IMG/VR virus record: IMGVR_UViG_3300033165_000009
Span: 1-36,712 of that record
DNA: 36,712 bases
Source of the DNA: a virus
Direction: 5' to 3' (one strand)
The notes under the pieces: generated by a model
Told to the model about the DNA's origin: nothing
Database searches by the model: none
What the model saw: the letters and a program-made list of their open reading frames with translations, nothing else
Translations under genes and position numbers: made by a program
Shown: one piece after another, positions 35,838-36,712 of the stretch
How the letters are laid out: every line of letters starts with the position of its first letter
How positions within the stretch are numbered: the first letter of the stretch is position 1

Positions 35838-36471
35838 TGTGTTCTTAGATTCTAGAGAACCCTCTCATATTAAAGAATTATTTCTTAAAACTTTTTCAAC
35901 AGGGGAGGTTACAATGTTGCCTGTTGGAGATTTGGTTTACCCCACTAACAGCGTTTGCTGTGAAAGGAAAACAGTAGAAGATTTTATATCTTCCGTTATG
36001 GGGAGATTATGGGTTCAGTTGCAGAATATGATTGAAAATTACCAACACCCTTACTTAATTATTGTTGGACGTTTTGATGAAGAAGAGGTTATGAAACACA
36101 CTTCTTTCACTCGGAAACAGTTTTTAGGGGCATGTGCGAGTATATCGGCACGGTATAAAATCCCAGTGTTTAATGTTGATTCTAATAGGGATTTTTTCAC
36201 CTTGTCAAAGGCATTGATGGAGAAAAGTGATGGTTCACTTAAACATTTAGATAAGGTTAGGAGGTTGGCTGTTAGTGATGGGGATGTTTTAGAGGCTATG
36301 GTTAGTTGTATTCCTGGGATTGGGTTGGAGTATTCTAAGAGGATTATAGATGTTTTGGGGGTTGATAGTATTATAGAGTTATGTAAAACCACGGTTGAGG
36401 ATTTGATGAGTGTGGATGGGATAGGAGAACGCAAAGCAAATAACATTAAGGAATATTATTTTGAGAGGTGA
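35830..36471 (+). CDS. ERCC4/XPF-family nuclease with C-terminal tandem HhH
   Basis: DSRE, GDL...ERKTVEDFISS nuclease motif; IPGIG and VDGIG HhH motifs. Confidence 0.9.
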   Translation: MSNVFLDSREPSHIKELFLKTFSTGEVTMLPVGDLVYPTNSVCCERKTVEDFISSVMGRLWVQLQNMIENYQHPYLIIVGRFDEEEVMKHTSFTRKQFLGACASISARYKIPVFNVDSNRDFFTLSKALMEKSDGSLKHLDKVRRLAVSDGDVLEAMVSCIPGIGLEYSKRIIDVLGVDSIIELCKTTVEDLMSVDGIGERKANNIKEYYFER

Positions 36472-36472
36472 T
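36395..36472 (+). repeat. 78-bp direct repeat, copy 2 (3' end of XPF gene)
   Basis: 72/78 identical to 34312-34389. Confidence 0.95.
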
Positions 36473-36476
36473 TAGA

Positions 36477-36712
36477 ATGGATGATAAAATATGCGAATGG
36501 TTTAAAAAAGAAGTGGCAAGACAAAAAGAAGAGGCATATATCCAAGGTAGAAATGATGGTTTTGATATTGCCATTGAAATATATGGGCTTGATAAAAATA
36601 ATAATTATAAAGAGAAATGGGATAAGCTTAGGGATCACTTAATATTTAATCGTGATGCTCCATTCCAGTTGTTTAAGGGTTATTATCAATCATTGCTTGA
36701 TTTTATGGATAT
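36477..36712 (+). CDS. 3'-truncated hypothetical protein
   Basis: MDDKICEWFKKEVARQKEEAYIQGRNDGF... open to the window end; GAGGTGAT RBS. Confidence 0.6.
   Translation, partial: MDDKICEWFKKEVARQKEEAYIQGRNDGFDIAIEIYGLDKNNNYKEKWDKLRDHLIFNRDAPFQLFKGYYQSLLDFMD

Noticed and set aside
34312-36472. 78-bp repeat pair as DGR template/variable repeat
   Set aside because: Differences are not confined to adenines of one copy on one strand, are mostly synonymous, and no reverse transcriptase is encoded in the window
1-36712. Window as a complete circular genome
   Set aside because: Joining the ends does not give the left partial ORF a plausible start and no terminal repeat is visible; sequence is missing
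24982-36712. Integrase, att site or anti-CRISPR gene calls
   Set aside because: No tyrosine or serine recombinase motifs seen; acidic microproteins are only candidates without homology evidence

Overview
Near-complete genome (about 36.7 kb, cut at both ends, no terminal redundancy or in-frame circular join visible) of a head-tail (siphovirus-like Caudoviricetes) virus of a pseudomurein-walled methanogen (Methanobacteriales; inferred from a PeiW/PeiP-type endoisopeptidase, GGAGG/GGTGAT RBSs and archaeal TATA boxes). Order: left AT-rich regulatory region and putative holin-like genes (1-1.6 kb); TerS, TerL, portal, head morphogenesis, scaffold, cement, MCP (1.6-8.2 kb); adaptor, tail terminator, major tail, fibre-like protein, tail chaperone, gp10-like neck protein, tape measure and four tail/receptor-binding proteins (8.2-23.6 kb); Pei endolysin (24.1-25.0 kb); a divergent control region with RHH and AbrB-like regulators and about 25 microproteins, many Zn-finger (25-30 kb); SSB-like, primase-polymerase/helicase and an iteron-rich putative origin (29.9-33.6 kb); HNH-like, GIY-YIG homing endonuclease and ERCC4/XPF nuclease (33.6-36.5 kb). 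No integrase, reverse transcriptase, CRISPR array or complete tRNA seen. Highlights: two tandem Pei/transglutaminase-like Cys-His-Asp domains at the end of the tape measure protein; two candidate +1 ribosomal frameshifts, both at UUU codons; two genes that appear to need ATT/ATA starts in near-identical contexts; a 57-aa mini-HhH protein sharing its C-terminus with the viral XPF nuclease via a 78-bp direct repeat; RBS-sequestering structured leaders; a tRNA-like minihelix; a helically phased pac-like repeat; and patchy AC/GT strand skew. All functional calls come from motif recognition by eye, not database searches.
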